Assembly: GCF_004010195.1 (NCBI RefSeq)
Contig: NC_057719.1
Location: 73,770,928 to 73,834,927 of the forward strand
Source: Chiloscyllium plagiosum
Taxonomy: Eukaryota
Direction of reading: 5' to 3'
DNA length: 64,000 nucleotides
Positions 50,046 to 63,115 of the stretch are shown here, one piece after another. Every line of letters begins with the position of its first letter. Position 1 is the stretch's first letter. The notes below the pieces were generated by a model. It made no database searches and was not told where the DNA came from. It saw only the letters and a list, made by a program, of their open reading frames with translations. The position numbers and the translations under genes were made by a program.

Positions 50046-52059
50046 AAAACATTACCGTGGATCCACTGTCACTTTAAGGCAGCAAGGATAGCAGATTTCC
50101 TTCCCCGAAGATGACCGCAAGGATTCTTACAGCAATTGATGATAGTTCCATGGCCTTCATTACTGATATTAGGTTTATATTCCAGAATTATTAATTTAAT
50201 TTAAATTCCATTGTGGGATTTGAACCCATTACCATTGACATTACCATTTCGTCACGTCTTCTTCTTAACTGTACACATACATTGCTGTTCGGAATAGAGT
50301 CCCAGGATTTTGAACCTTCTGAAGGAACGGCAATATACTTCCAAGTTCAATGGGTGTGTGGCTTGGAAGGTGACGATCTTCTGTCTTGGTGGAAGAGGGT
50401 GTGGAATTGCAAGGTTCCATTCAAGGAGACTGAGTGGATCATTGCAGTGCATCTTGTAACATTGCTGCCACTGTGCATTGGTGCCAGAGGGAGTGGCTAT
50501 TTAAAGGAGTGGGTGTGGTGCCAGTCAAACCTGCTGCTTTGTCCTCGTGTGAATCTGTACTTGTATTGTTGGAGCTGCACTCATCCAAGCGAGCGGGGAC
50601 TACTCCAACACACTGCTAACGTGTCCCTTGTAGATGGTGGACGAGCTTTGGAGAGTTAACAAGTGAGTTACTCAGTGCAGAATTCTTAGCCTTGTAGCCA
50701 TAGTATTCAAATAGGTGGTACAGTTCAGTTACTGATCAATGTGAACTGCCGGTATATTGCTAGTAGGGGACTCAAAGATTGTAACGCTGTAGAGAGTCAA
50801 GGGGCAGATGGTGAAACTGCCTTTTGTTTAGTATATTAGTTTGTTTCATGTGAAAAATAATTCCAAATATGCTACAACAATCATATTCTTCTAAACTATA
50901 TCCTCTTTATTCCATTTTTTAAAGGATGATGACAATTTTACAATATTCCACAGCATGTTAAGGGTAGCCCTTTTTTCTGGGAGATTTTCAACTTTTTCTC
51001 AATGTGCATCTGTTCCTAATTATTAATTAAAGAATGAGCAAAGATTTTAGTATTTTTTTACAGATCCCTGTGCTGTTCTGAAACTTGAACATGTGTACCC
51101 TGTGATGGATCTGGGATAGACAATTTATTTACTTAGCTTTTCACAAATCCAACTTGGACCTTCAGGAAGCACATTACTTGCAGCAAATCAAAGGATTTGC
51201 CTTAAGTGGGAGCATGATTCCGAATTCATTAAGTGAACCAAAGAAGCAAATTTGTTTTGCAATGTTCTTTCAATTTATGACTCACTTTTGAGGGTATTTC
51301 TTTAAAACAAAATCAAACCATTGAATTCTGTACCTTTAAAATTATTTTATAAGAGTTTAAAACGATTGAAAAAATTCTCCATACAAGTTACAGTATTGTA
51401 TGCTAAAGATGTCAAGCACTTTGAGATATTTTAGCTGTGCAATCAGGTGACTTTGCTATTTGAAGTCAATTATTCTCCTACAATTCAGTCATTTTAATCA
51501 GCCATTGACTGCTATCATAAGGTGAGCAATTACTTAATCATTTCTAGGTTTTTCAAATGTTTTGGAGCTCAAGAGTGGGAGACTGAGCAATCTGCATTCT
51601 AAACAATGGTTCTGGCATGACCAAACATAGCCTCCATCAGCTTTGGAGACTGACAGCCAGCTTTTCAACCCAACTGTCAGCTTGTCAGTGATTTAACAAG
51701 ATAGATCAACTTGTCCCTGCCCCCACTGAGCTGACAGCTTGTCAAATATGAACTATTTGAATGGAATTGCAGCTTGTTAAATTAATTTTGTTCAACATTG
51801 TTGGTTCTGCCCGTGCCTAAAGAAGGAAAGCTTCAAATTGACTGACTGCTTTCTGACACTTTTGTTTAGTTTGTCACAAATGAAGTTAACATACAAACAC
51901 ATATAAGTACATGTGTGTTTTAACTTCTTCAGTATTAGTGTAAAAAAAATCGGTATAATTATCTTTATATAATTTCAGGAACATGGGTCCACTGGCATTT
52001 ATTAGGACAATTCCAAGTTGTTCTGGAGAAGGTGCTGTTGAGCGACTTAGTTGTGGAGT

Positions 52060-52628
52060 CAGAACATAGACCAGAAGAACCAGGAGCAGGAGTAGGCCAT
52101 CTGGCCCCTCGAGCCTGCTCCACCATTAAATAAGATCATTGCTGATCATTTTGGGGCCTCAGCTCCACTTACCAACCCTCTGACCATAATCCTTAATTCC
52201 TTTACTGTTCAAAAAGTATCTATTTTAGCTTTAATAACATTTACTGAGGAAGCCTCAACTCCTTCACTGGGCAGGGAATCCCATAGATTCACAACCCCCT
52301 GGGTGAAGAAGTTCCTTCTCAATTCAGTCCTAGATCTGCTCCCCCTAAGTTTGAGGCTACGCCCTGTTTTCCTAGTTTCACCTGCAAGTGGAAACATCCT
52401 CTCTACTTCTATCTTGTCTTTTCTTTTCATAATTTTGTATGTTTCTGTAAGATGCCCCCTCATTCTCCTAAATTCCAGTGAATATAATCCCAGTTTACTC
52501 ACTCTCTCCTCATAAGCCAATCCCCTCAACTTCTGAATCAACCTAGTGAACCTCCTCTGCACCTCCTCTAATGCCGGTCCATCCTTTCTCAAGTAAGGAG
52601 ACCAAAACTGCTCGCAGTACTCCAGGTG
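52060..52628 (-). mobile_element. CR1 LINE 3' fragment
   Basis: HLEYCEQFWSPYLRKD...FFTQGVVNLWDSLP. Confidence 0.95.
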
Positions 52629-53115
52629 AGTCATAGAGTTGTACCGCATGAAAACAGACCCTTCAGTCCAACTCTTCCATGCTGACCTGATACCCTAAAT
52701 TAATGTAGCCCCATTTGCCAGCATTTGGCCCATATCCCTCTAAACCCTTCCTATTCATATACACTCAGATGCCTTTTAAATGTTGTAATTGTACCCATTT
52801 CCATCAATTTCTCTGGCAAATCATTCTATACACGTACCACTCTCTGCATGAAAATGTTGCCCATTAGCTCCCGTTTAAATCTTTCCCCTCTCACCCTAAA
52901 CCTATGCCGTCTAGTTCTGGACTCCAGTACCCTGAAAAAAAGACCTTGGCTATTCATCCCATCCACGTCCCTCATGATTTTACAAACCTCCATAAGGTCT
53001 CCCCTCAGCCTCTGACACACCACAAAAATAGTCCCAGCCTATTCAACCTCTCCCTATAGCTCAATCCTCCAACCCTGGCAACATCCTTGCGAATCTTTTC
53101 TGCACCTTCTCAGGT
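52629..53115 (-). mobile_element. CR1 LINE 3' fragment (same subfamily as 28885 and 43140)
   Basis: QRLRGDLMEV...NIFMQRVVRV with the shared tail agtcatagag...aaacagacccttc. Confidence 0.92.
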
Positions 53116-54996
53116 TTGTACTCCTGGGATGTAGGAGTACCTATTCAATGTGGGTGAAAGTGCATTCCAGGATTTTAACCCACTGACAATGAAGGAATAA
53201 TAGTATTTTTCAAGTCAGGATGGTGAGTGGCTTGGAGAGAGCTTGTGGGATCGTGTTACTGGCTTTGATCTTTGAGATAAAAGAGGTTATAGTTTGGAAT
53301 GGGGTGTCAAAGGAATTTTGATTCTGTACAAATGAGTATTGTAATGATAATGGTAAACATGGTCTATTAGTATCAAACGTCATCGTTTAATTTTAATACC
53401 TGAGACCTCTCATGGAATAAAAATGATTTTAAAAAGGACAAATACTGCTGTTATCACCTGAAATCATCAGCAAACAAGAATTAGCCTGAGCTGAAATGAA
53501 CACGATTACAAAAGGACGTTCTAACTCAGGTCTATCTCTCCCAACTGATTCACACCTTTCTGGAAGTGACCACATTAAGATGAGAGAATGTTTTTTTCTC
53601 TGAAGCATCCAGCTTGGAAAGGAATATACCAATGGAACTTTATTAACCACTGTTTCTGAGCATTGAAGGAGAGACAAGAAAGAAATGGCTTTGTCGGCAA
53701 GAACCTGAAGACACTCTCTCTGCCCATATCTCAACTTAATACCCAGAACAAAAAAACATAAGCAATCAAAGTTGCCTGCCAGCTTTGTTCTTCCTGAGGG
53801 AACAGGACATAACTAAACTATTGGCACTCAGGCTTCACTCGCACAACTCAAGCACGCTAAAAAAAGCTTTAAACTACAACAGCTGGTACTGTTCAGCCGG
53901 TGTAAACACACTCGTCCTCCTCTAACCTTAAGGTTATTACCCATGTGTGTATGGTTTAGCTGTCATCTTTTTGATTATTTTGCTCAAGCTTAATAGATAA
54001 AAAAATCCCATTGTCTTCCATGCCAAGAAAACCCTGGAATTGGCTCTCCTTTTTTGATCTGGTTTACTAAGTCGAATTGAATTGTAGCAGTTAAGTGGTT
54101 AAAAAAAAAAGTAATTGAAAAAATTGCTGCGACAGACCAAGGTGAGGTTTAAACAAAAAGGGAAATTTCAAATGGAAGCAAAATACTGTGGATGATGTAA
54201 GTCTAAAATACAAAATGAAATTGCTGGGGAAACCCAGCAGGTTGGGCAGCATCAAAAAAGAGAGAAAGAGTTAATATTGAATTCAATAAAGGTTTCAGAA
54301 CTCAGAGTTCTCCCAATGCTGGAACTCTAACAACTTTAAACTCTAGTTCCTGGTACCTTCCAGACCGTATTGGCATCCTCCTTGTTCTCTCTTCTTTTTA
54401 AGATTTATACCTATGTTGTGTGTAGTGTTGAACATCATGTTTTTTTTCCATTTTTCTCAGGTGTGACAGGTAACAAAACTCTATCCTCTTTTACTCAAAT
54501 AAACCTTGGACTTGACTCACCATCATTTTTCATTCAGTTTCCATTGAAGTGTGATAGCCACCACTCAAAGAGAAATTTTTAAATATTGTTGTGACTAACC
54601 AAAAGGGTTGACTCGAGAGTGGAGGTAATTCCTCTCCTTCTAGTCGTAACTATGTATTCCACGTATTTCAATGTATATGTAAGCACTACAATAACATTAG
54701 TATACATATTTGAAACTGCTACAGCTGAAATTTCAAAAATAAACAATATCATTTTCTGCAGTGGAAACTTCAAAACCTGACCAAGCAAATATTTTATTTT
54801 GTTCATGACTTACTTGGTGTGAACACATTAACAACCTTCAGTGAATTGGCAAATTTTAAATGAAAAATAGAATAAAATTGATTAACTCTACCAGATGTTA
54901 ACAAATAAAACAGGGATGCACATCTTTTCCATATTGTGTATATTATTGCAATTTTGACGTGCAGTGTGCAAATTTGACTTGTTCATTTTGCGCGCA

Positions 54997-55050
54997 TGTG
55001 TGTGTGTGTGTGTGTGAAAAACAGAGAGTGAGAGAGAGAGAGAGAGAGAC
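54997..55050. repeat. (TG)n/(GA)n microsatellite
   Basis: Directly visible dinucleotide runs. Confidence 0.9.
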
Positions 55051-55311
55051 AGTGTCTGGCTTTGTATTATCACTGCTTTTGTTTTATTACCATTTCATAA
55101 CCCAGAAAAATCTCTCACCACCTGTATTAGAATAGTTAAAATCACAGAGAACTATCAAAGGTAAGATAATATTAGATTTCTACTGACAGACGACACATTT
55201 TTATACATCTCTTTTTGTAATATTTCTAGTGTGTGAGAATGTTTAGGAGTACATAAATACAAAATAAGAATAAGCCTTTTAGGCATCTTCCACTGTCCAT
55301 TTTGAATATAC

Positions 55312-55468
55312 TGTGGAGATGCCAATGTTGGACTGGTGTGGACAAAGTCAAAAATCACATGATACCGGATTATAGTCCAATTCTCCTTAGAAGGAGCAGG
55401 GGTCCGAAAACTTGTGTTTTCAAATAAACCTGTTGGACTATAACCCGGTGTCATGTGGATTTTTGACA
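55312..55468. mobile_element. Fold-back family-B element, degenerate hammerhead
   Basis: Arms gtcaaaaatcacatgataccggattatagtccaa / ttggactataacccggtgtcatgtggatttttgac flank ggagc-agg-ggtcc-GAAA. Confidence 0.7.
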
Positions 55469-58369
55469 ATTAGGTTATGGCTGATCTTTGGCTCAATGCT
55501 AATTTCTCATCTTCAATCCCCAAATTATCTAGTAAAAGACTGTTGAGGCAGAGTTCCAGGTTTGTACTTAATTCTCAGTCAAACATTTGGTCAAACAAAA
55601 TAAATGTTATTAACAGAATGAAGGCATTTAAAGAGGTTGAGATTACTGTTGGCAACGTTAGTGATTAGTTAATTCATTCATTTATTGTTCCTCAATTTTT
55701 TTTTATAAATGGGTAGTAAGCCATCAATTTTAATGTAACTGTGTAAAGTTGTGTCAAAGTCTTTTTCACTACTTTTAGTCTTATACCTAATTTATCTCTA
55801 ACAATTCTTACAGAATCTATATTGGTTTGATCATATATCTATATATGATCCAACAGAGTGTGAAAAATTCATAAAATGAGGTGTCAGAAATTTCTGAAGT
55901 GGGCCATGACCCCAGATTCCCAAGAAACTAAAATGCAAAGCTGATGTATGTATATTGTCCCTTCAGTAATCTCACTGTGTACCACTGCAATCTGTTCACT
56001 AATACTTGATTTGATTTTCCAATTTGATTCTGTCCCTTAAGAATCTTAAATTATTGTTGACCTTCTCCAGCACAATTTGGCTTTATCGATTACATTTCAA
56101 AAGTACTCAGTAATGTATTTACAGAGAGATTTCTAACCTCAGAGCAGTGCTTAAACACAAACGAACAGTCCATTATAATTAGCCTCCTCTGCCTTTTTAC
56201 TCACTACTATTATACTCCTTTTTATAAAACGGGAGAACGATATTGCAGCCAAATAAAAGTCAGTCTGTTAGTGGTGAGATCACTAATGACCATGATGAGA
56301 GAAAAATGATTGTCACTTGAAGTAACATGGGTTAATAAATGCCATTCAATATGGTTTCTTTCATGGAAATCTGTCTGATCACACTGTGATTTTTAAGATA
56401 AGATAGAGAACTAATGTAAATTAGTGCAGTTGATGTTGCATTTTCTTACTACTTGTTGAGAAAAAGTGAATTAGTTCACCTGTTTTTAATCTCCTCAGTC
56501 AATCTCAGCAAAGATTTTTAAATTTTCTTTAGCATGCACCTATATCTCATTTCAATTAAAACATTTATTCACTTGTTCCAAATTAAGGAGCTAATTACAA
56601 GGTTTTCTTAAGGGAAAGGAAACAGAATCTCATTACTTACTGACTCCCAGAATAAATAAAACACAAAATCAGACAGAGGTGTAAAGTTTAAAGAGAGGGA
56701 AGCATGAAGTTTAACAAAAAAAAAATAAAAGAATACACACTTTTAAAGAGCTTGGAGCCTTTGAGATGTTAGATTTTAACCTGAGACCATCATCGTTCAA
56801 TTGATGTCTTGTATCCTCAGCAGTAGTGAATGTTGCAGATATCTTTAAGTTCACAGTGGACGGATATTTTTCCAATCTATTTTATTGCCGTTGTGTCTTG
56901 AGACATTAGGAGAAAAAAGAGAGAAGGAGAGAGGGATGGCCTGAAGATTGTGCAACAGAAATTTTTGACCTAACTGGGCATTAGGTCTTTACAGACGGTA
57001 AGAGAACTTAAGTCTAAAACTGTGAAAGCCAAGCATTTGCACTGGACTAAGCCCATATTTTGCTTGAACAGTCCGTTTTCCTCCTTCCCTCCACCTGATT
57101 TGCCACTCCACCCCATGCTGTAGGGAGGATCTGCAGTGATTAGGAACCTGCTTGGTTCCTTACCTCACGATAGACAGCTGCTGCTGAAGGCACTCCTGTT
57201 GAATTTAACACAACGTTTCCTTCTGAAAACGCATACTTTCAAACCTCTCTTTCACAAAAATCATTCAGAACACAATGCAAACATTAGAGGTGCATCGCTA
57301 CTTTCATTCCTTTAGAAAAACAGTTTTGACATTTTTTTTAATATGTCTATCTTCTACAGATGGCAATATTTCATTTTTGCGTCGTTCAAGAGACATGTGC
57401 GTAATTCCCCCTTAACTCTGAGTCACAGGTCATCACCTCAAACTCTAAGCCAGATTCATAAGGCAAAATGTTTTAGGCCAAATAAAGTGTTTACAACAGC
57501 TCCCTCCCTCCACAGCACCACCCCACCCCCACCCCCCCAACTGACCAACATTCAGCTTTGGGTTAAAGTTTTGGTATTGAACCCTCAGAAACTTGCAGGC
57601 AGCTCAGGAACCTCTTTTGTATTCAATAGTATATAATAAGTCCTCATTAATGTGCCAGCCCAAAGGTACAACTCTGTTGGGTGAAAAATGTGTTCACAAA
57701 CCTAACTAATTATAAGAGGTATGTACCTGGCAGAGTAAGCTATTTTCTGGAAGCTCTGGCTGAGTACACACATCTTCAGTAGCATGGGTCTCACAAGACA
57801 TTTCTTTGCTGAAACCATTCCAGCGTAAGAAGAAGACCCTGCCTGGCCCAACCAGCTAATCAGAGCCTTTATTAATAAAGAGTCTTGCATGAGATTGCTG
57901 CTGTTTCCCACTAACAGCACAATGAGTTGTTCTGATGGTAATGTTATGATAGTCCATTATAGCTGTCTATGTTAGTAAGGGACACCTCCTTTTGACATTC
58001 TGTGGAGACAGCACATTCTTTCTCTCCCAGATGGCTTTCAGAGCAATGTCCAAGGAGATCTACCTCCTGTCTGCTGTCAGATATATGCAGGGGTAGCTGG
58101 GTGGAGGGGTGACCAGCAGATGCTGAGTGATGCTCCTGATATGCAGCAAATTAAGTTCTGTATGGGTGCATTTTATATATGCTGCCTGGATGTTGGAGCC
58201 AGGGATGTCCCAGCAGGTTTCCAAATTCCCTGCCTGTTAAGGTTTGGACTTCTATCCACACACATGGGCTAAGAAGAAAATCAAACAAGTTAGCCTGATC
58301 TGCCCTCGAGCGGAAGTGCCTCCCTCTTTTCAGCGTAATGCAGCATTGAATCTCTGAACAACATGATTC

Positions 58370-58720
58370 TGCTCATAATCTAGAAAATACAGTACTGAGG
58401 CAATGTAGCAATGTCAAAGGTAGCACTTTCTTTCAGTTGAGAGCAGCATTTACCTCTCAGATAAAAGGTCCTATAGAACTCTCAAGAAAAATGGCAAAGT
58501 TCTCTCGGGGCCTTGCACTCCTATGTCTCAATCAACATTACAGATGTTGATGACCTAGTTATTAATCTCATTGCTGTTTGGACGGCCTTATGTGCACAAA
58601 CTGGTCGAGGCTATATTACAGGAGGGATTATACGACAAAAATATGTCATTGGCAGTCACACACTTCAGGATGTCCTGAGTTAGTAAATAATAATGTTGAA
58701 ATGCAAGTTCTTCCTTTGTT
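58370..58720 (+). mobile_element. Deu-domain SINE, degenerate
   Basis: Homologous to 6220-6640 (ctcattgctgtttg...tgtgcacaaa...aatgcaagttcttcc). Confidence 0.6.
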
Positions 58721-59996
58721 CAGGGTCTTCCTATATAAGGATAAAATCTAGGATTTACAGTTAAGTATAAACCACTTTTATGCTATGAGCCAAATTAAAT
58801 TGGACTGAGCTTATGACTACACCCTTTAGATTTTCAGACAGAGCCATTTAGTTGAACCACACACACGGTGGACTTTATCAGGACAGTTGTAGGAAGGCAA
58901 TGGAGTCACTACATCACTCATCTCCCTCACCACATCAATCATTTACCACCTCCCACCCGACAACCTATTTAAATGTCCATCCTCCAAAAAACCTGCCAGA
59001 CATTTCGCACAGTGGTTCCTGACTTAGACTGAAGACTAAAAATACAAGACACCATACCATTTCATTGGAAGTTAGCCAAAAACAAGTAGGTCAGTCTACA
59101 CAATGTTTGTTGCCTCCCTGTCACTACCCACCCCACAATCTCCATTTTCAAGCTTAAGGGGCACGGGTGGGTTTTGAAATTAGCAAAGACTATTACTCTG
59201 CATGTTTACTTGCTGCCCTAAAATAACTTAGTTCCTACCTGGCTTCATTTCATCAAGTGTTTTGTTAAGAGACATGTGAAAAATTTGGATAGGCATATTT
59301 GAGGGAAGCTAAAGGAGACAGAAAATCAAATTCAGATTAAGAGAGGTTAGATAATTGGCAGGATGGGTAACCCCTGATGTGACATATTTGACCTCTTACA
59401 GGAGTGAGCAGCATCTCTGTACCAATGAACACATAAGGAAGAACTAAAATTTGTAACAGGTGACAAAATTTGTGGATTGGCAAGCTGACCAATAGTGATC
59501 TCTGTTGACTGCTAGAAAGCCAGGGGAGAGCTGCTGTTAACAATTTGATTGGTCTCTTTGTGGTTTATTTCATGCTTCTGCGTATTCTAATTTTAGTAAG
59601 CAGTAAAACATAATGTTATTTCTGTCCTCAGGTTATGTATAGTCCAGACTGAAGCCATGATGAATCAAATGTTCTTCCTTGCCGACTAACTAAATGTGAT
59701 TGGTTGCTGGTTGCTATGCGTGCCTCAGAGCAGGAGCTCTTCGGCTTTTGGTGTCGATGTTGCTACGGCTCATTTTCCATTTTTAGTTCTTCAGGTCTTG
59801 AGCTCATAGTTTGGAGAATTGAAATAACTTCGTATGAGAGTTTGAAAAACATTCCAACCACGTTCAAAGCCTCCAATATCCAGAGTATCAGGCAGGTACT
59901 CTCCATTTTATCAACAAATTTCTGTTGCTCGTCCATGGCTTGAGCATCAATGTTGTCCAGGTTTTATTAACCAAAGTTGTCCTCCATTACCTCTTC

Positions 59997-60333
59997 ATTA
60001 GAATCTCTATGATGTGGAAACAAACTCTCTGGCCCAGCAAGTCCACACCAACCCTCCAAAGAGTATCCCACCCAAACCAGTTCCTCTACATTTAGCCCTG
60101 ACTGATATACCGAACAAACACATCCCTGAACACTATGGGCAATTTAGCATTGCCAATTCACCTAACCGGCATACCTTTGGATTGTGGGAGGATACCGGTG
60201 CACCTTGAGGAAACCCATGCAGACACAGGGCGAACATGCAAACTCCACACAGACAGTCGCCGAGGTTGGAATCGAACCCAGGTCCCTGGCGCTGTGAGGC
60301 AGCAGTGCTTACCACTGAGCCACCGTGCCGCCC
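59997..60333 (-). mobile_element. HE1-type SINE
   Basis: gggcggcacggtggctcagtggtaagcactgctgcctcacagcgccagggacctgggttcgattcc. Confidence 0.92.
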
Positions 60334-62759
60334 ATAAATCGGCATTACATTGTATAAATCAGCAAAAGAGCTCATAAAGAAACGGGAACATCACTAATTT
60401 AATATCATTTAACATACTCTTTTAATTTTTTTTGAACATGAAATTTAATAATTGAAACAATAGGTGCAAAAATTGCTTTTAAACATTCCAATATTTGGTA
60501 AGCAGTTGACTTTAAGAGAGCTACAAGATATCAATGCAAGTAAATGCCTTTGGATTGATTGTTTTACCACTTTCCTAAGCCCTCTTGAACCCCAGACACA
60601 AACAGAACTGCAATGAAAATGAGAAAAAAACAACAGCAGCATATGAATTAAGAACAGCCAAATTCTGCTCCGTGAATATTAAGATATATTCATTTTGCAA
60701 ACATATTCTCAATAGATGGTAACACAAGAACTGTATTATCTTAGTAACAACATAATATTTTGAACTGCAGTTGATAATTTTAGTTACCAAACAATCTGAT
60801 ATTGTCACTTAAGCACCCACTGCAGAATGTCGCTGTACATTTATTTGTGCATCTTCCTAGTAATCATACTCAACTTGGCTCAGGGTGAGATTGCATTCAG
60901 TATGGGTCACAGTTTATAAAGAGGGCCATCCCAAGTCAGTTCATGTTCCAGAAAGCATTAAATTATCTGACTAATGTCTATGCTGAGTCCGGACTCTATT
61001 TAGGAGAGCAGTAGAAGTTTGCATTTGGGATATACACAAGTTCTAATGATAAAAGCAAGAACTGCTAACACCCATTGAGCTATGCAACAGTCTGGGTCTG
61101 GCCATTTCAGACAAGACGGAGGAACTCTGGAAGAATAGGGAATTAAATATAAATTAAACAAACACTTTCTGTTTTTGGTCATAATTAATGACATATTCAC
61201 TGGCAACTTTTAAACAGTAGAATTCATTTACATGCACAGTTTAGAAAAAGTTATTCAAACCAACTTTAGCAGTCCATAAATAGTATTAGTCATAAAAGTG
61301 AAACATATTGAACCCTCACATATCTACTTATGTCAAGGCAGCACTGGATAAAAAGAAATAGAATTGCTTACTGTGCCTGAGTCCATTGAAGCAATGGTTG
61401 GCTTTTATGAAATGGAGTTTAAAGTTGAATCTGGCCCATGTAATTTGGATTTGCTAATAAGGAAATTTCCAATTATCCTTTACCCATCATTTTTTATTGG
61501 TTCATTAACATTCCAAGGTGAAGCAGTTTACAAATAGGAAAATAATACTCTTGTTTCCTTCCATATAAGTTTTCACCTATTCTTCTGTTTATTTTTATTT
61601 CAAAAGATTCATTCACATTTAGGCATTCTGGAGTTGAGGCAAGAGCAACTGTTCATGACATCAAGGCTGTATTTGACTAAGTGGGGCCTTAAGGAGCCGT
61701 AGCAAGTCCACAATCAATGGGAGAAAGCTTTCAGCTGGTTAGAGTTATATCTGACCAAATTGAAGGTGGTTGTGGTGGTTGGAGGTTATTCATCTCAGCT
61801 TCAAAACATTTCCATAGGAGTTCTTCAAGGTAATGCCCAAGGTTCAACCATTTTCAACTGCTTTATTAATTTCCCTCACTTCATCATAAGATCAGAAATG
61901 GAGTTGTGGCACTGACAGATGGCAATGAAATGGCACTATGGATGTGCTTACACTAAAGAAACTGCAGCGGTTCAAGAAGACAGCTCATTACTGCCTTCTC
62001 AAGGCTAACTATGGATGGGCAATAAATGCTGGTCCAGTCAGTGACACCCACATCCCATGAATAAATACTAACAAATCCCAAATAGATAGACAAAACCCTT
62101 ATAGCATGGTTATAGAATCCATTTTCCATCACTTGCTGGTTCTATTTTGTAGGAATACAAGTTGCAAGATAAATTTCCATTCAAATCACTGTTCAGTCAA
62201 ATGTGTGATAGAATACTATCCATTGGCAAACGTCTAGTGATATTATCACTAGTCTATTTAATCCGGAGGCGCATGGAAGTGGTAGAATTTGAATTCACTA
62301 AAAAATATGGAATTAAAAATCTAATGATGACCATGAAGCCATTGTCAATTGTCAGAAAAAGACCCATCTCGTTTACCAATGTCCTTTAGGGAAGGAAACT
62401 GCCATCCTTATCTGGCATGGCCTACATGTAACTCCAGACCCACAGTAATGTGGTTGACTCCTAACTGCCCTCTTGGCAATTACAAATATGTAATAAATGC
62501 TGGCCCCGCCTACGGTGATGACATTCTGTGAATAAAGATTTTTTTTAAATTGCCTGGATGTATGTAGCTCCAATTTCACTCAAGAAAAAAAAGGAAGTTC
62601 AAAAACAATGAAGAATATAGCAGTCTGCTTGATTAGTACCACATCCACTATCTTCAATATTCACACCTTCCATCACTGATGCATCTTGGCAGCAGTGTGT
62701 ATCAATACATCATTATTTATTTCCCCATTTCCTGAGCTTCTGTATCCTTCTCCACAATA

Positions 62760-63115
62760 TATACTGATGTAAAATATTTGTTTAGTATCTCACTCATCAA
62801 ATTCTCACACATAATTTGCCTCGTTGATCTTTAATGGGCCCTATTTTCTCCCTAGTTACTGTTTTGCCCTTGATGTATTTGTAGAATCTCTAAGGCTTCT
62901 CCCTAACCCTATCCTGACCTTGTACTCCTCTTGGGATTCACTCGATCCCAGCTGTCTATACCTGACATATGCCTCCTTTGTTTTCTTGACCAGAACCTCA
63001 ATTTTTCTAGTCATCCAGCATTCTGCACCTACCAGCCTTCCTCTTTGCACCAACAGGAACATATTGTATCTGACCTCTCATTATCTCATTTTTGAAGGCC
63101 TTCCACTTGCCAACC
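62760..63115 (-). mobile_element. CR1 LINE internal ORF2 fragment
   Basis: KWKAFKNEIMRGQIQYVP...WMTRKIEVLVKKTKEAYVRY, the typical linker between endonuclease and RT. Confidence 0.8.
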
